From: an uncultured delta proteobacterium | GTDB taxonomy: Bacteria > Myxococcota > Myxococcia > Myxococcales > Myxococcaceae | DNA length: 64,000 nucleotides | Assembly (NCBI GenBank): GCA_963776345.1 | Contig: CAVZMH010000001.1 | Coordinates: 160,001-224,000, forward strand | Direction: 5' to 3' | In this document: positions 42,883 to 53,171 of the stretch, piece by piece | How positions within the stretch are numbered: position 1 is the stretch's first letter | Layout: each line of letters begins with the position of its first letter | Notes under the pieces: model-generated | Seen by the model: the letters and a program-made list of their open reading frames with translations, nothing else | Databases searched by the model: none | Told to the model about the DNA's origin: nothing | Position numbers and translations under genes: made by a program

Positions 42883-44250
42883 ATGACCGCGGCGACCGCC
42901 CGGGAGCGGACCGTCCTCGGACATCCGCGGGGGCTGTTCCTGCTCTTCGCCACCGAGGCCTGGGAGCGCGTCCAGTACTACGGGATGCGGGCCTTCCTGG
43001 TCCTGTACCTGGTCGACCGGGTGCACGGGCTCGGATGGAGCGAGGCGCGCGCGCTCACCCTGTACGGCTGGTACACCGGGCTCTGCTACCTCAGCACCGT
43101 CGCCGGTGGCTGGGCGGCGGACCGGGTGCTGGGGCAGCGCCGGGCGGTGGTCATCGGCGGGACGCTGATGATGCTGGGGCAGCTCCTCTGCGCGCTGAAG
43201 CAGGAGCCGCTGCTCTACGCCGGCGGCGCGCTGCTCATCGTCGGAAACGGGCTCTTCAAGGCCAACATCTCCACCATGGTGGGGCAGCTCTACCGCCCCG
43301 GCGACCCGCGGCGGGACGGCGGCTTCACCATCTTCTACGTGGGCATCAACCTTGGCGCGGCGGTGGGCCCGCTCCTCTGCGGCACGCTGGCGGAGAAGGT
43401 GGACTGGTCGCTCGGCTTCGCCAGCGCCGGGCTGGGCATGGCGGTGGGCGTGGGCGTGTTCCTGCTCCTTCGCGGGCGACTTCTCGGGGAGGGCGTGGGC
43501 GCGCCGCCCCGCGAGCGACCGAGGACGGCGGCGGGACTCCGCGCAGGTGGCCCTCTCACCCGCGAGGAGCGCGACCGGATCGTCGTCATCTTCGTCCTCA
43601 CCTTCTTCGTCGCCATCTTCTGGGCAGGCTACGAGCAGGGTGGTGGGCTGATGAACCTCTTCACCGACCGCTCCACCGACCGGATGCTTCTCGGCCACGA
43701 GATCCCGACCACCTGGTTCCAGGCGGTGAACTCGGGGTTCATCTTCCTGCTCGCTCCGGTCCTCGCCGCGCTGTGGCCGCGCCTGGCCCGGGTCGAGAAG
43801 GAACCGTCCACCGGGCGGAAGATGGCGATGGGGCTCCTGGCGGTGGCCGCGAGCTTCGTCCTGCTCTTCGTCGCGGCGCAGCGGGCCGAGGCGGCGGGGA
43901 AGGCAGGGATGCTGTGGATGGTGGGCGCTTACTTCCTGCAGACGGTCGGGGAGCTGATGCTGTCCCCCGTCGGGCTCTCGATGGTGACCAAGCTCGCCCC
44001 GGAGCGGTACGCCTCGGCCCTGATGGGGGTGTGGTTCCTCTCCAACGCGGCGGGGAACAAGCTCGCGGGCAGCATCGGGGCCCTGGCGGAGGGACACGGC
44101 GACGCGGCGGTGTTCCTGGGCATCGCGGTGGTCTGCGCGGCGGCCGGGGCGATCCTGTTCGTGCTCGGCCCGGCGCTCCACCGGATGACCCACGGGGCGG
44201 AGGACACGTCGCCAGAGCCCGCGCCGGCCTCGGCGCCCGTCATCTCCTGA
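42883..44250 (+). CDS. POT/PTR-family peptide:H+ symporter
   Basis: EAWERVQYYGMRA, GNGLFKAN, FYVGINLG, GELMLSPVGLS. Confidence 0.95.
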   Translation: MTAATARERTVLGHPRGLFLLFATEAWERVQYYGMRAFLVLYLVDRVHGLGWSEARALTLYGWYTGLCYLSTVAGGWAADRVLGQRRAVVIGGTLMMLGQLLCALKQEPLLYAGGALLIVGNGLFKANISTMVGQLYRPGDPRRDGGFTIFYVGINLGAAVGPLLCGTLAEKVDWSLGFASAGLGMAVGVGVFLLLRGRLLGEGVGAPPRERPRTAAGLRAGGPLTREERDRIVVIFVLTFFVAIFWAGYEQGGGLMNLFTDRSTDRMLLGHEIPTTWFQAVNSGFIFLLAPVLAALWPRLARVEKEPSTGRKMAMGLLAVAASFVLLFVAAQRAEAAGKAGMLWMVGAYFLQTVGELMLSPVGLSMVTKLAPERYASALMGVWFLSNAAGNKLAGSIGALAEGHGDAAVFLGIAVVCAAAGAILFVLGPALHRMTHGAEDTSPEPAPASAPVIS

Positions 44251-44322
44251 AGCCTCAAAGCCGGGTGTCGGGGAAACGCCGCGCCGGCCAGCCCTCGACC
44301 TCTTCGGGATGGTAGTTGAACG

Positions 44323-44655
44323 TCACTTCTTGAGAGTCTTGCAGTAGGCGAGGACGTCCCGGATCTGGGCGTCGGTCAGCTTCGTCTGGAAGCTCTTCAT
44401 GCCGTTCGATTTTCCGGCCGCCTTGGAGCCGAACTTGATCGCCGTGAACCACTCTTCGTCGTTCGGCGTCGCGGTCATGAAGCTGGTGGGCTTGGGGTCG
44501 AGAAATGTCGAGGAGGGTCCATCGCCCTTGCCCTTGGGCCCGTGGCAGATGACGCAGTGATCCGAATAGATCAGCTGCCCCGCGTGGAGATCCTGAGCCT
44601 GCGCCGTCGAGGCTCCGACCAGTGCTGCCACGAGCCACCATGTCTTTCGAGACAT
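44323..44655 (-). CDS. Monoheme class I cytochrome c
   Basis: GGAGG RBS, signal peptide, CVICH, distal Met (GMKSF). Confidence 0.9.
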   Translation of the reverse strand: MSRKTWWLVAALVGASTAQAQDLHAGQLIYSDHCVICHGPKGKGDGPSSTFLDPKPTSFMTATPNDEEWFTAIKFGSKAAGKSNGMKSFQTKLTDAQIRDVLAYCKTLKK

Positions 44656-44809
44656 CAACCCTCCTCGAGCGCCCGCGGTTCCACCGCAGGACCGTTGAGA
44701 CTTGCTGGCGACGCTACATTCCCAGCTCGGCGCACGGCCAGCGCAACGGTCCGTGGAGCCATCGCCAGGGGCGGCTGATGCACCCCCCTGGCAACAGCGG
44801 ACCTGGACG

Positions 44810-44989
44810 CTAGACCCTCGCCGACGAGACAGCGGGAACTTGCGCCGAGGCGGTCTGAACGTAGCTGCCATAGAGCGCGCCGGACCCACCGACACCGAGC
44901 AGGAAGAGGATGACGCCGGCGACGATGAGGCCGAGGCCCTGGTTCTTGACCGACGAGGAGAAGAGCGTCGAAGCGGCGGTGGCGGACAT
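44810..44989 (-). CDS. 59-aa single-TM small protein (absent from the ORF track)
   Basis: AAAGGAAG RBS; MSATAASTLFSSSVKNQGLGLIVAGVILFLLGVGGSGALYGSYVQTASAQVPAVSSARV*; GC-rich third positions. Confidence 0.65.
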   Translation of the reverse strand: MSATAASTLFSSSVKNQGLGLIVAGVILFLLGVGGSGALYGSYVQTASAQVPAVSSARV

Positions 44990-45141
44990 GGCGGGCTTCC
45001 TTTCGAAGTGGATCCGGGAGAGGACCTCGTTGCCCGGTACGCCCGGTCCTCACTGCATCGGTGGGGCCACTCTCAAGTCACCGGAAACGCTGAGGAGCCC
45101 TCGCCCCGTGTCGCCAGCTGCGCAACACGCTGTCCGGAAAC

Positions 45142-45492
45142 GTGTCGCGCCGTGCTGCGGAGCGAGGTGAGTCGCAGTGTGCCCGCCGCGGCGGGAAGGA
45201 ATGGCATCGGCCCCGGCCCACGGCGGCGTGGACGGGCCTTCGGTGCTATGAGTCCAGCACGACGGCGACCGCGCACCTGGCAGAGTTGCTGGCGAACGCG
45301 ATCCCGGGGTGGCGCGTGCTGGCGCGCCGCGTGTGGTGCACGAAGCAGCGGAGTCGTCTGCGCGCGCTCGATCGAAAGACCGTGTGGGTGCAGGACGGGT
45401 CGAAGCTGCCATGGGCACGCTGGGGCGCCGACCACGGCTTCTTCGCGCTGGACTGGGCGGGTCGGCTGCCCTACCTGCGCGCGGCGGCGTGA
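45142..45492 (+). CDS. Hypothetical protein or gene fragment
   Basis: C-terminal part is protein-like (Trp-rich); start unclear. Confidence 0.3.
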   Translation: MSRRAAERGESQCARRGGKEWHRPRPTAAWTGLRCYESSTTATAHLAELLANAIPGWRVLARRVWCTKQRSRLRALDRKTVWVQDGSKLPWARWGADHGFFALDWAGRLPYLRAAA

Positions 45493-45615
45493 CGCGGCCT
45501 CGTCTCCAGCCGACGCCCCGCGCTTCGACGCAGCGAGAGCAATCACCCGAATACCGCGCGACGACCGCGGGCGCACGAGCCCGCTCCACCCGTCCGCACC
45601 GAAAGGAACCACCGA

Positions 45616-46035
45616 ATGGGCAACCGATTCAACGTGAAGCTCTCCTGGAGTGAGGACCCCGACCGCAAGGAGGTCGTGACCCATCACGTGAAGGAGCTCG
45701 CCGAGAAGGACTACGAGACGGAGGTCGTCGGGACGACGCTGCCCGTGGTGCTCGACTTCTATGCCCTGGAGTCGAAGGCGTGCGCCGACCTTGCCCCCCG
45801 GTATGCGGCGGTCGCGGAGAAGTTCGCCGGGAAGGTTCGCTTCCTGAAGGTCTCACGCCAGGCGAACTCGGCCCTCGCCGCCCGGCTCGGCGTCACCGCG
45901 AGCCCGACGCTGGTCTTTCTCCAGGGGGGCACGGAGAAGGTGGAGCGGCTGAGCGGCGACGACATCAAGCGCACCGAGCTCAAGGCGCGGGTGGAGGCGA
46001 TGCTCGGACCGCCCGTCGCGACCCCGGCGACCTGA
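45616..46035 (+). CDS. Thioredoxin-fold protein with an SxxC motif
   Basis: AAAGGA RBS; PVVLDFYALESKAC, FLKV, cis-Pro motif ASPTLVF. Confidence 0.82.
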   Translation: MGNRFNVKLSWSEDPDRKEVVTHHVKELAEKDYETEVVGTTLPVVLDFYALESKACADLAPRYAAVAEKFAGKVRFLKVSRQANSALAARLGVTASPTLVFLQGGTEKVERLSGDDIKRTELKARVEAMLGPPVATPAT

Positions 46036-46106
46036 CGCGGCGTCGGGCGCTGCCACGTAAGAGCGAATCCCTGCCCCCCTTCCCGCGACTGTGGTGACCT
46101 CGGGCC

Positions 46107-46853
46107 GTGCCCCCGTTCGCCATTCCCCTGGCCATTGCGGGAGTCGTCATCGGAGTCCTGATCGGGAGCACCGGCGTGGGAGGCGTGCTGCTGGTTCCCC
46201 TCCTCATCTACGCGTTCGGATTCCCGGTTCAGGGGGCGGTGGCGGCCGCGCTGTGGAGCTACCTCTGGAGCGGCCTCCTGGCGATCGCGCTCTACTGGCG
46301 CCGCGGCTCGATTCCCGGGCGCCCCGCGGCATGGCTCTGCTGTGCCGCGGTGCCGGGCGCGTTTCTCGGGGCGCGAGCACTGGGAATCGTTCCGGGGGTC
46401 GTGGTCCAGGGGCTGATCGCCGCGGTCCTGCTCCTGGGCGGCCTGTACACGGTGCGGCCACTGCACGGATCGAGCGAGCGGCGTCCACTGAACTGGGGCA
46501 CCCTGGTCGGCCTCGGCGCAGTCACGGGCTTCGCCTCCGCGCTGCTCGGAGCCGGGGGAGCGTTCCTGCTCGTTCCTCTCCTGGTGGCGCTCGGGGAACC
46601 GGTGCTGCTGGCCGTCGGCCTGGGACAGGCGATCCAGGTGCCCATCTCGGCGGTCGCTTCGGCCGCGAACCTCGCGGCGGGTCGAATCGACTGGGTCGCT
46701 GGCTGGACGCTCGCCGCGGCGCTGGCCGCCGGAATCGCCATCGGCACGCCTCTCGCCCACGGGCTCTCCCAGCGCGCGCTGCGCTGGCTCGTCGCGGTGG
46801 CGATGCTGGTCGCGGGCGGGGTGACGCTGGGCCGGGTGATTCGGGTCCTCTGA
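46107..46853 (+). CDS. TauE/SafE sulfite-exporter-family protein
   Basis: GSTGVGGVLLVP and its internal repeat LGAGGAFLLVP. Confidence 0.88.
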   Translation: MPPFAIPLAIAGVVIGVLIGSTGVGGVLLVPLLIYAFGFPVQGAVAAALWSYLWSGLLAIALYWRRGSIPGRPAAWLCCAAVPGAFLGARALGIVPGVVVQGLIAAVLLLGGLYTVRPLHGSSERRPLNWGTLVGLGAVTGFASALLGAGGAFLLVPLLVALGEPVLLAVGLGQAIQVPISAVASAANLAAGRIDWVAGWTLAAALAAGIAIGTPLAHGLSQRALRWLVAVAMLVAGGVTLGRVIRVL

Positions 46854-46879
46854 GATTCGCCACCGCGCTCCGCAGTCGA

Positions 46880-47113
46880 TCAGACGGTGCCCGCCCGTTC
46901 CTTGCGAATGCTGGCCCGGGCGATGAACATCGCGAGCACCGCACCGAAGGCGGCGATGGCCAGGGCCAGTCCCGTGAAGAGCGTTCCGGAGGGGAGGACG
47001 GTCCGACCGATCAGTCCGCCCACCACGCCGCCGACCCCGCCCGCCGCGACCCCCCAGGCCAGGGTGAGTCCACGGATCTTCCACATCGCCGCGAACACTG
47101 CGCCGAGCACCAT
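46880..47113 (-). CDS. Small Gly-rich membrane protein (possibly 5'-truncated)
   Basis: Gly-zipper helices GGVGGVVGGLIG. Confidence 0.5.
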   Translation of the reverse strand: MVLGAVFAAMWKIRGLTLAWGVAAGGVGGVVGGLIGRTVLPSGTLFTGLALAIAAFGAVLAMFIARASIRKERAGTV

Positions 47114-47142
47114 CCCGACGGGCCAGAGCTGTCCGCTCCCTG

Positions 47143-48207
47143 CTAGCCTCCGGACCCGCCAAGTGATGCCCCGTTGAGCACGAGCACGATCTTGCCTGTC
47201 ACGCCTCCCTTCGCGAGCAACTCCTGCACGGTCTTGCCTCGGCAAGAGGAAATCGCTGCGCGATGAGCGGCTTGATCTTTTGCTGTTGAAGGAGCTCAAG
47301 CAGGGCGATCAAATCCTGTCGAAACAATTCTGGTTTCCGCCGTTTGAGCCACTGGATGCTGTAGGGGACCACCCGTTTGCGGCCCGGGAGAAGCCAGCCG
47401 CCGGCGATGTACAACCCGAAGGTGGCGCTTCCACGAAAGCGTTGACGACGACCTGGACGATCTGAAGCCAATCCCTTCCCACGTATCGAGGAAATAAGGC
47501 CATAACCCACCACCATCCCGCCAGGACGGAGAGCCTTGCGGGAATGCCAGAGGTGGGTGCCACCGATGGGGTCAAAGACGGCGTCCACGCCCTCTCTCGT
47601 GAGGCGGTGAATCTCTTTCACGAAGTCCTGGTGCTGGTAATCAATTGGGATACCGCCCAGATCGGAAACGGTCGACGCCCCTCGCGACGAACAGGTCCCG
47701 TACATCTCCAGCCCGGCGAGGCGCCCAAGCTGCAAGAGCGCCGTGCCGACCCCGCCTGCTGCGCCGTGGATCAGCACGCGCTGGCCCGATCTGACCTTCG
47801 CGGAACGATGCAGCATCTGGTACGCCGTGATGTAGTTCAGCCCGAGGCTGACAGCCTCAGCGGCATCCAACCCAGGTGGCACCGGAACCAGTTCACGCTG
47901 CGGCAGGCAGAGCGAACTCCGCGTACGCACCGCTGATCGGCAGCGCGGCAACCATCTGGCCTGGTTCGATTCCAGAGATGCCGGCGCCGAGACGATCCAC
48001 CACACCAACCAGATCCACCCTGGCGTGAGGGCAGCCGAGGCGTTTCGGGATGAACGCCCTCGCGCGCCATGATGTCGGGCAAGGAGACACCGCGGCCAGT
48101 ACTCTCACCCGCACCTCGCCACCCTTCGGCTCGGGGCACTCTTCTTCAACCGCCCGAAGTGCATCGGGCCCGCCGTAGTGAGTGACGATGATGCGCGTGT
48201 GTCTCAT
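47143..48207 (-). pseudogene. Medium-chain dehydrogenase/reductase (quinone oxidoreductase-like) with ~4 frameshifts
   Basis: YGGPDAL, GEVRVRV, DLVGVV, GAYAE, TAYQML, HGAAGGVG and GKIVL are spread over several frames; visibly lower GC. Confidence 0.8.
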
Positions 48208-48427
48208 GGACCGCTTCCCGCGCTCGAGCTTTTGCGGCGTTACAGGGTCATCTTGCCGACTTCGGCCGCGCCGATTCCACCGTGTCCGGCACCAGTACGC
48301 CGGATGGAAGGCGATGGCGGTCCGAGTCGCGAGGTCACCACCTCAATTGTAGGTGGCGCTGAAGACGAAGCCGCCCCCGAAGGTGGTCCAGGACGTTCCC
48401 GAGGCGATGCCCTGGCCCTCGCTGGTC

Positions 48428-48761
48428 GGCTCCGGAGCCTCGGCACGTCGAAGTAGGTGAGCTCGGGGTCGCAGCCCATCTCCCCGAGCAGCGCCCGGAG
48501 CAACCGTTTGCTCTCCGGATGATGGATGAACTGCGGCTTCACCCGGCCCAGGAGCTCGGCGAAGTCCTTGACCTCCATCTCGTGCTGCGCCGTCTCGGGA
48601 TCACGACTGCCGAAGGCCTCGCGGAGGAGCCCCCGCGTGAACTCGACGAGCGCGTGCGCCGCCGGCCGCGGCGCGTAGACGAACAGCTCTCCATCGAACA
48701 GGCGGCGCCGACGCTCGTCGTCACCAATGCTCGAAGGATCGACGTGGATCGCGTGTGGCAC
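48428..48761 (-). pseudogene. N-terminal fragment of a conserved hypothetical protein
   Basis: DDERRRRLFDGELFVY...KPQFIHHPESK...TYFDVPRLRS, then coding character is lost. Confidence 0.6.
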
Positions 48762-48965
48762 TCGGGAAGTCCCCCCGACGAAAAGGATACGAGGAGTTGA
48801 CCGCGAGATGCGACTCCGTGGGCAACAGAACATCTGTGCCCGCGGTCGGTCCCCTCCCCTCACAAGATCGAGCTTGGCAAGGGAGTCCGACCTCGTACCG
48901 CCGGTGCGCCAGGACGCGAGAGTGGGTCCGCGCTGACGGCGCGCCTCGAGCCCAGGCTGACGGCC

Positions 48966-49884
48966 TCACCGGCGGCGGGGCCAGGGCACCAGGGCAGAGG
49001 TCGACTTCATCTGCACCGCCCACCCGGGGTGGCGGGAGAGCATGCGCCGATCCATCCAGGGGAGGCTGACGAGGATGAAGAGCAGCGTGATGGAGGCGGG
49101 GCCGACGGCCGTCCAGGCCCAGCGAGGTTCGGCGGCGAGACCCGAAGAGCCACAGGCCCCACCAGAAGCTGACCTCGCCGAAGTAGTTCGGGTGGCGGGA
49201 GAGCCGCCAGAGCCCCTCGTCGAGCACCGCCGACGGGTCGCGGCGGGTGCGGACGAAGCGGCGCAGCTGGAGGTCGGAGAGGGCCTCGATGGCGATGGCC
49301 CCCGCGGTCACACCCAGCGCGACCAGGTCCAGCGAGCCGAGGGGCCGCCCTCGGCCCGAGAGGGCCGGCCAGGTGGGCAGCAGGCCCAGGAAGACCCAGG
49401 CGGTGGGCATGAGGTGGATGGAGACCAGGCTCGCTGGCCAGTAGAGCCGCCCGGTCTTGCCGCGGATCTCCGCGTAGCGGAAGTCCTCGTCCCCGAGCCC
49501 TTGCCAGCGGGCCACCCAGTTCGCGGTGAGCCGGACGCCCCAGGCCGCGACGAGGACCAGCACGAGGGCGGCGCGGACGTCGAGGGCGGAGGGCGCGGTG
49601 GTGGCCCAGTAGGCCGCGATGGGAAGGGGCGCCACGCTCCAGTACGGGTCGTAGAGGCTCGAGTTGTCGTGCCGGACGCTGAAGCCGAAGACGACCAGGG
49701 TGGCGACGACGTCGGCGAGCGCGGCGACGAGGATGGGGCTGCGGCCGCGCAGGGCCCAGCCGGTGAAGAGGGCGACGGCCAGGGCCGCCGCGTAGGCGAC
49801 GCTCACCGCAGCGAGCGCCCGGCGGCGGCCGGCCGAGATCCAGCTACCAGCCAGGGGAGGTTCCAGCGTCGCGGGGCCCTGCAT
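48966..49884 (-). CDS. DUF1295 / steroid 5-alpha-reductase-like membrane protein; frameshift ~49141
   Basis: NSSLYDPYWS, WGVRLT, EDFRY, GLWRLSRHPNYFGE. Confidence 0.85.
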
Positions 49885-50466
49885 CCGGCGGCACCGGGAG
49901 CGGGGCGTTCTTCCGCCGGTAGGTGAGCGTGTAGTCGACGGGGTGGGGAAGGTGCTTGCTGGTGATGATCATCTGGACACGGAGCGTCTGGCCGTCCGGC
50001 AGGAGCGTCCAGATCACCTGGCGCGCCCCATCCTCCCCGCGGAAGTTCTGGACGAGCGTCCCCCCGACGAAGCGCTGGCTGAGCTTGCTCTCGTCGCCGA
50101 GCTTCGTCCGGTGGTCCGCCTCCCGGCCATCGTCCGGGCTGACGTCCGTCAGCTGGCACGGTCCGGCGACGGAGATGTTCCCGCTGCCGAATCCGAGCGA
50201 GTAGCTGGAGCAGATCTCGCAGGTCCGGATGAGCCGGTCATAGGCGATGCCCCGTGAGATGAAGAACATCCCGTCCACCGACCGCTCGACCGCCGCCGGG
50301 ACCAGCGCCCGCTCCGCGGCGCCTCCGACGAAACGGTACTCGCCGGCATAGCGTTGCCGGAGCTCGTCGATGGCTGGACCGTCGTCTGCGGCCGAGTCCG
50401 GGGCGTGGAGCGCGCCCAGGGCGGCGACGACCAGCGCCAGCCAGCGAAGCCGCGCGGTCCGTTCAC
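49844..50466 (-). CDS. Secreted hypothetical protein (probable frameshift just after GTG 50466)
   Basis: Signal-like LRWLALVVAALGA, YAGEYRFVGG, C-terminal LTYRR plus a DAG linker. Confidence 0.6.
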
Positions 50467-50557
50467 CGGCGCCGGCAGGTGAGGATGAAGTCGATCGGTG
50501 CCAAGAGCTGGCGACTCTCGATCACCCGGCGCAGGAGGCCTCTTCTGTGCGGCGGGC

Positions 50558-50642
50558 GTGCTCACGCGTCGGAGGGTAGAGCAGTGCCGGGCCCGTCGTC
50601 AGGCCTGGTGAGTCTCGAGGCTCGGACGGCACTCACCAGGCC
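50558..50642 (-). repeat. Dispersed intergenic element, copy A (promoter-like core plus 12-bp inverted repeat)
   Basis: 62/73 nt identical to 59689-59761 by manual alignment; IR ggcctggtgagt 50602-50613 / actcaccaggcc 50631-50642. Confidence 0.85.
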
Positions 50643-50799
50643 AGCCGGACCGAGCGAGGATTGGCCGTGGCTCTCGTCGTCAGGTCGTCGTCGGGGCCTG
50701 AGGCGCGCCCCCTCGAGTCAGTGCGAGCCGGGGTGTAATGAAGTCCGCAGCCGGAGCCGGCGCGGCGCTAGAGTGCCCCAAAACCGGAAGGAGTCATTC

Positions 50800-51012
50800 A
50801 TGGCGGCGCGCAAGAAGCTGACCTCTCGCAAGAAGCTGACCTCCAAGGTCCAGAAAGATGTCGAGAACATCGGGCGAACCCTGCAGCGCCTCGGGAAGAA
50901 GCTTCTCGGCGACGCCAGGGCCGTGGCGTTCGATGCGACCGAGCGCACACTGTCCGCAGCGCAGAAGAAGCTGCAGAAGGTGCGAGCGCAGCTCAGGAAG
51001 CCCACTGCCTAG
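50800..51012 (+). CDS. Small Lys-rich amphipathic protein
   Basis: AAGGAG RBS; MAARKKLTSRKKLTSKVQK...; 18-bp tandem duplication at 50809-50843. Confidence 0.72.
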   Translation: MAARKKLTSRKKLTSKVQKDVENIGRTLQRLGKKLLGDARAVAFDATERTLSAAQKKLQKVRAQLRKPTA

Positions 51013-51267
51013 CGGCCACGCCCACCCGGGGGGGCACCCTCACGGCTTCGCACGCGCCTGTCTAGTGGGTCCCATGCTGGCGGACGTATGAGCCAGGCCT
51101 TCTTCGCTCGGCCCGCGGGGGTGAGCGCAGATTCAGCGCAAGCGGCTTCGCCGGCTGAGCCTCGAGCGTCTCGCGAGGCCGGCAGAGCGAAAGACACACC
51201 TCGAGGCTCTGCTGATGTATAGCGAGTTCCTCATCGATCCTCGGTCGCCCTGCTGCGGAGCCCGACA

Positions 51268-51651
51268 ATGAACGCAGCCCACAGGAAGACCCTCGAGGAA
51301 GAATTCGCGCTGGCAAATCTCTTGATGCGGCAGCGGAGAGACGAGGAAGCATTTGCTCACCTCGAGCGCGCGCACGTCCTCGGTCAGGAGTATGTCCGTC
51401 CACATCTCCGCTCCCACTGGCTCATGCTCAAGATCGCGGCTCGTCGTCGAGATCCCGTCGCCGTCTTCGGCCAAGGTCTCCGCATCGTGCTCGGTGGACT
51501 CGGATCCGCGATCGGAAGGGTGCCCACCGGGAACACGGGCGGCACCGAGATCAGCATGTTCAAGCGGATGCCGATTGCGCCAGACCTCCTGGACGTCATG
51601 CAGGACCGGGGCTCCACGAGGGCCGGCGAGCCTGGCCGGCCCGGGCTCTAG
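51268..51651 (+). CDS. DUF3703-family protein
   Basis: AFAHLERAHVLGQ, HLRSHWLML, PTGNTGG. Confidence 0.88.
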   Translation: MNAAHRKTLEEEFALANLLMRQRRDEEAFAHLERAHVLGQEYVRPHLRSHWLMLKIAARRRDPVAVFGQGLRIVLGGLGSAIGRVPTGNTGGTEISMFKRMPIAPDLLDVMQDRGSTRAGEPGRPGL

Positions 51652-51654
51652 CGA

Positions 51655-52107
51655 ATGGCCTACTTGATAGGGATATGTCTGGCTTTGGGCGTCTCGGTCC
51701 TCGCCGCACTCGTCGGATTTGATCGTGATCGGGCCTTCTATCCCGTGGTCATGATCGTCATTGCCTCCTACTACGGCCTCTTCGCGATCATGGGTGGCTC
51801 GGCCCGGGCGCTGGGAATCGAGTCCTTGTTCATGGCGGGATTCGTAGTCCTCTCGATCGCCGGGTTTCGAATCAACCTCTGGCTCGTTGCCGCTGCCCTG
51901 GCGACGCACGGCATCCTGGATTTCTTCCACGCTCACCTGGTGGCGAATCCAGGTGTGCCCCCGTGGTGGCCATCGTTTTGCCTGACCTTCGACGTCACCG
52001 CGGCAGGGTATCTGGCTTGGCTCTTGAGCCGTTCCGGAGTTGCTGCCCGGCCTCCCACGTCGTTGGCCCATCAAGCACGAGCGGGAGGCTACCGGACGCA
52101 GGTGTAA
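51655..52107 (+). CDS. Hypothetical membrane protein
   Basis: DRAFYPV..IASYY, HGILDFFH, VPPWWPSFCLTFD. Confidence 0.78.
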   Translation: MAYLIGICLALGVSVLAALVGFDRDRAFYPVVMIVIASYYGLFAIMGGSARALGIESLFMAGFVVLSIAGFRINLWLVAAALATHGILDFFHAHLVANPGVPPWWPSFCLTFDVTAAGYLAWLLSRSGVAARPPTSLAHQARAGGYRTQV

Positions 52108-52155
52108 GGCGCGGGATGGGCTCGGGTCCCACCGAGCATGGTCTGGGTGCGACTT

Positions 52156-52404
52156 CTAACGTCCTGCGGCGAAACGCTCGAGAGCCTCGGTTTGAGACGG
52201 GTGCTCCGGGAAACGCATTCGCGCGTACTCAGGGATGTACTCTTCGCGAACGTGCGAGATTGCTTGCGCCGGTGAGAGCCCAGGATCCTGGCGAAGAAGC
52301 CACGCGGCCAGGACTGTGCCGGTACGGCCAATGCCAGCGAAGCAATGAACCGCGAGGAGCGGGCGGATCGAGGCGTCCCTCGCCGCGCGGTGAGCAGGTG
52401 CCAC
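52156..52404 (-). pseudogene. C-terminal fragment of a dual-specificity/protein-tyrosine phosphatase
   Basis: P-loop VHCFAGIGRTG, AISHVR and Q-loop present; N-terminal half absent. Confidence 0.72.
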
Positions 52405-52407
52405 GCC

Positions 52408-53025
52408 TCAGCTCGAAAGGACGATGAGCGCGGCGAGGCAGGCGTCCTTCTGGTCCTTGCTCCACGGCGGACCCGCCTCGCGGCCGGTGTGGGCCAGCAG
52501 CTCGCCCAGGCGCGAGTCGGAGATCCCGAGCCTTCGGGCTGCGCGCGCGACGAGCTCCTTCGACGCGACCTCGGTGACCGGCAAGCCCAGGGCCTCGCTC
52601 GCGGCCCGGACGGCGCCGCGGAAGAGTGCGCCCTCGGCGGAGTGCAAGAGCGAGTGGTTGCGGAGGATCGCCTCGAGCGGCACGGCCGGCTGTGCCTTCG
52701 CCCCGACGATCACGCCGGCGACCAGCTCGTGACCGCCAGACTGGAGCTGGTCGACGGCTGCCTCGATCGCTTTGCTCGCGTTTCGCCGGGCCCGCGCCGA
52801 GGCCTCCTGAACCCGGGCCCCGGCCTCTCCGAGCGAGAGCTCACGTGCGGCGTGATAGACGAAGCGCGGCCGCTCCCGATCGGTCGCCGGGATCATCTCG
52901 ATCCGGCGCCGGTCCAGGAGCGTGATCTCACTCGACCCCTTCAGCGACACCGCGACCAGCGCGGCCCAGCCGGTGTGAACCGAGAAGCCCAGCGCTGCCC
53001 GACCGCTTGTTCGCGGTGCCCGCAC
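52408..53025 (-). CDS. Hypothetical protein (possibly RNase H-like/ASKHA fold)
   Basis: ALGFSVHTGWAALV, HSLLHSAEG, GPPWSKDQK; TAGGCT 7 nt before GTG. Confidence 0.72.
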   Translation of the reverse strand: MRAPRTSGRAALGFSVHTGWAALVAVSLKGSSEITLLDRRRIEMIPATDRERPRFVYHAARELSLGEAGARVQEASARARRNASKAIEAAVDQLQSGGHELVAGVIVGAKAQPAVPLEAILRNHSLLHSAEGALFRGAVRAASEALGLPVTEVASKELVARAARRLGISDSRLGELLAHTGREAGPPWSKDQKDACLAALIVLSS

Positions 53026-53171
53026 GCAACGGAGCCTAGACGGGTCCGGCCCCTCATGCCGATCTGCCGCGCCGCTGGGAACAGCGCGTCGCCTCGGCGG
53101 GCACGGTGCTCAGTGCGTCGAGCCGACGAACCAGATCTCACTCACCGGCGTGACCCGCATCGTCCGCTGCA

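Noticed and set aside
44910..45170. Plus-strand 86-aa ORF
   Set aside because: It overlaps the better-supported minus-strand 59-aa gene, which has an RBS and a TM helix.
44400..47975. tRNA T-loop-like GTTCGATT strings at ~44404 and ~47964
   Set aside because: They lie inside the cytochrome c and MDR coding sequences; no cloverleaf.
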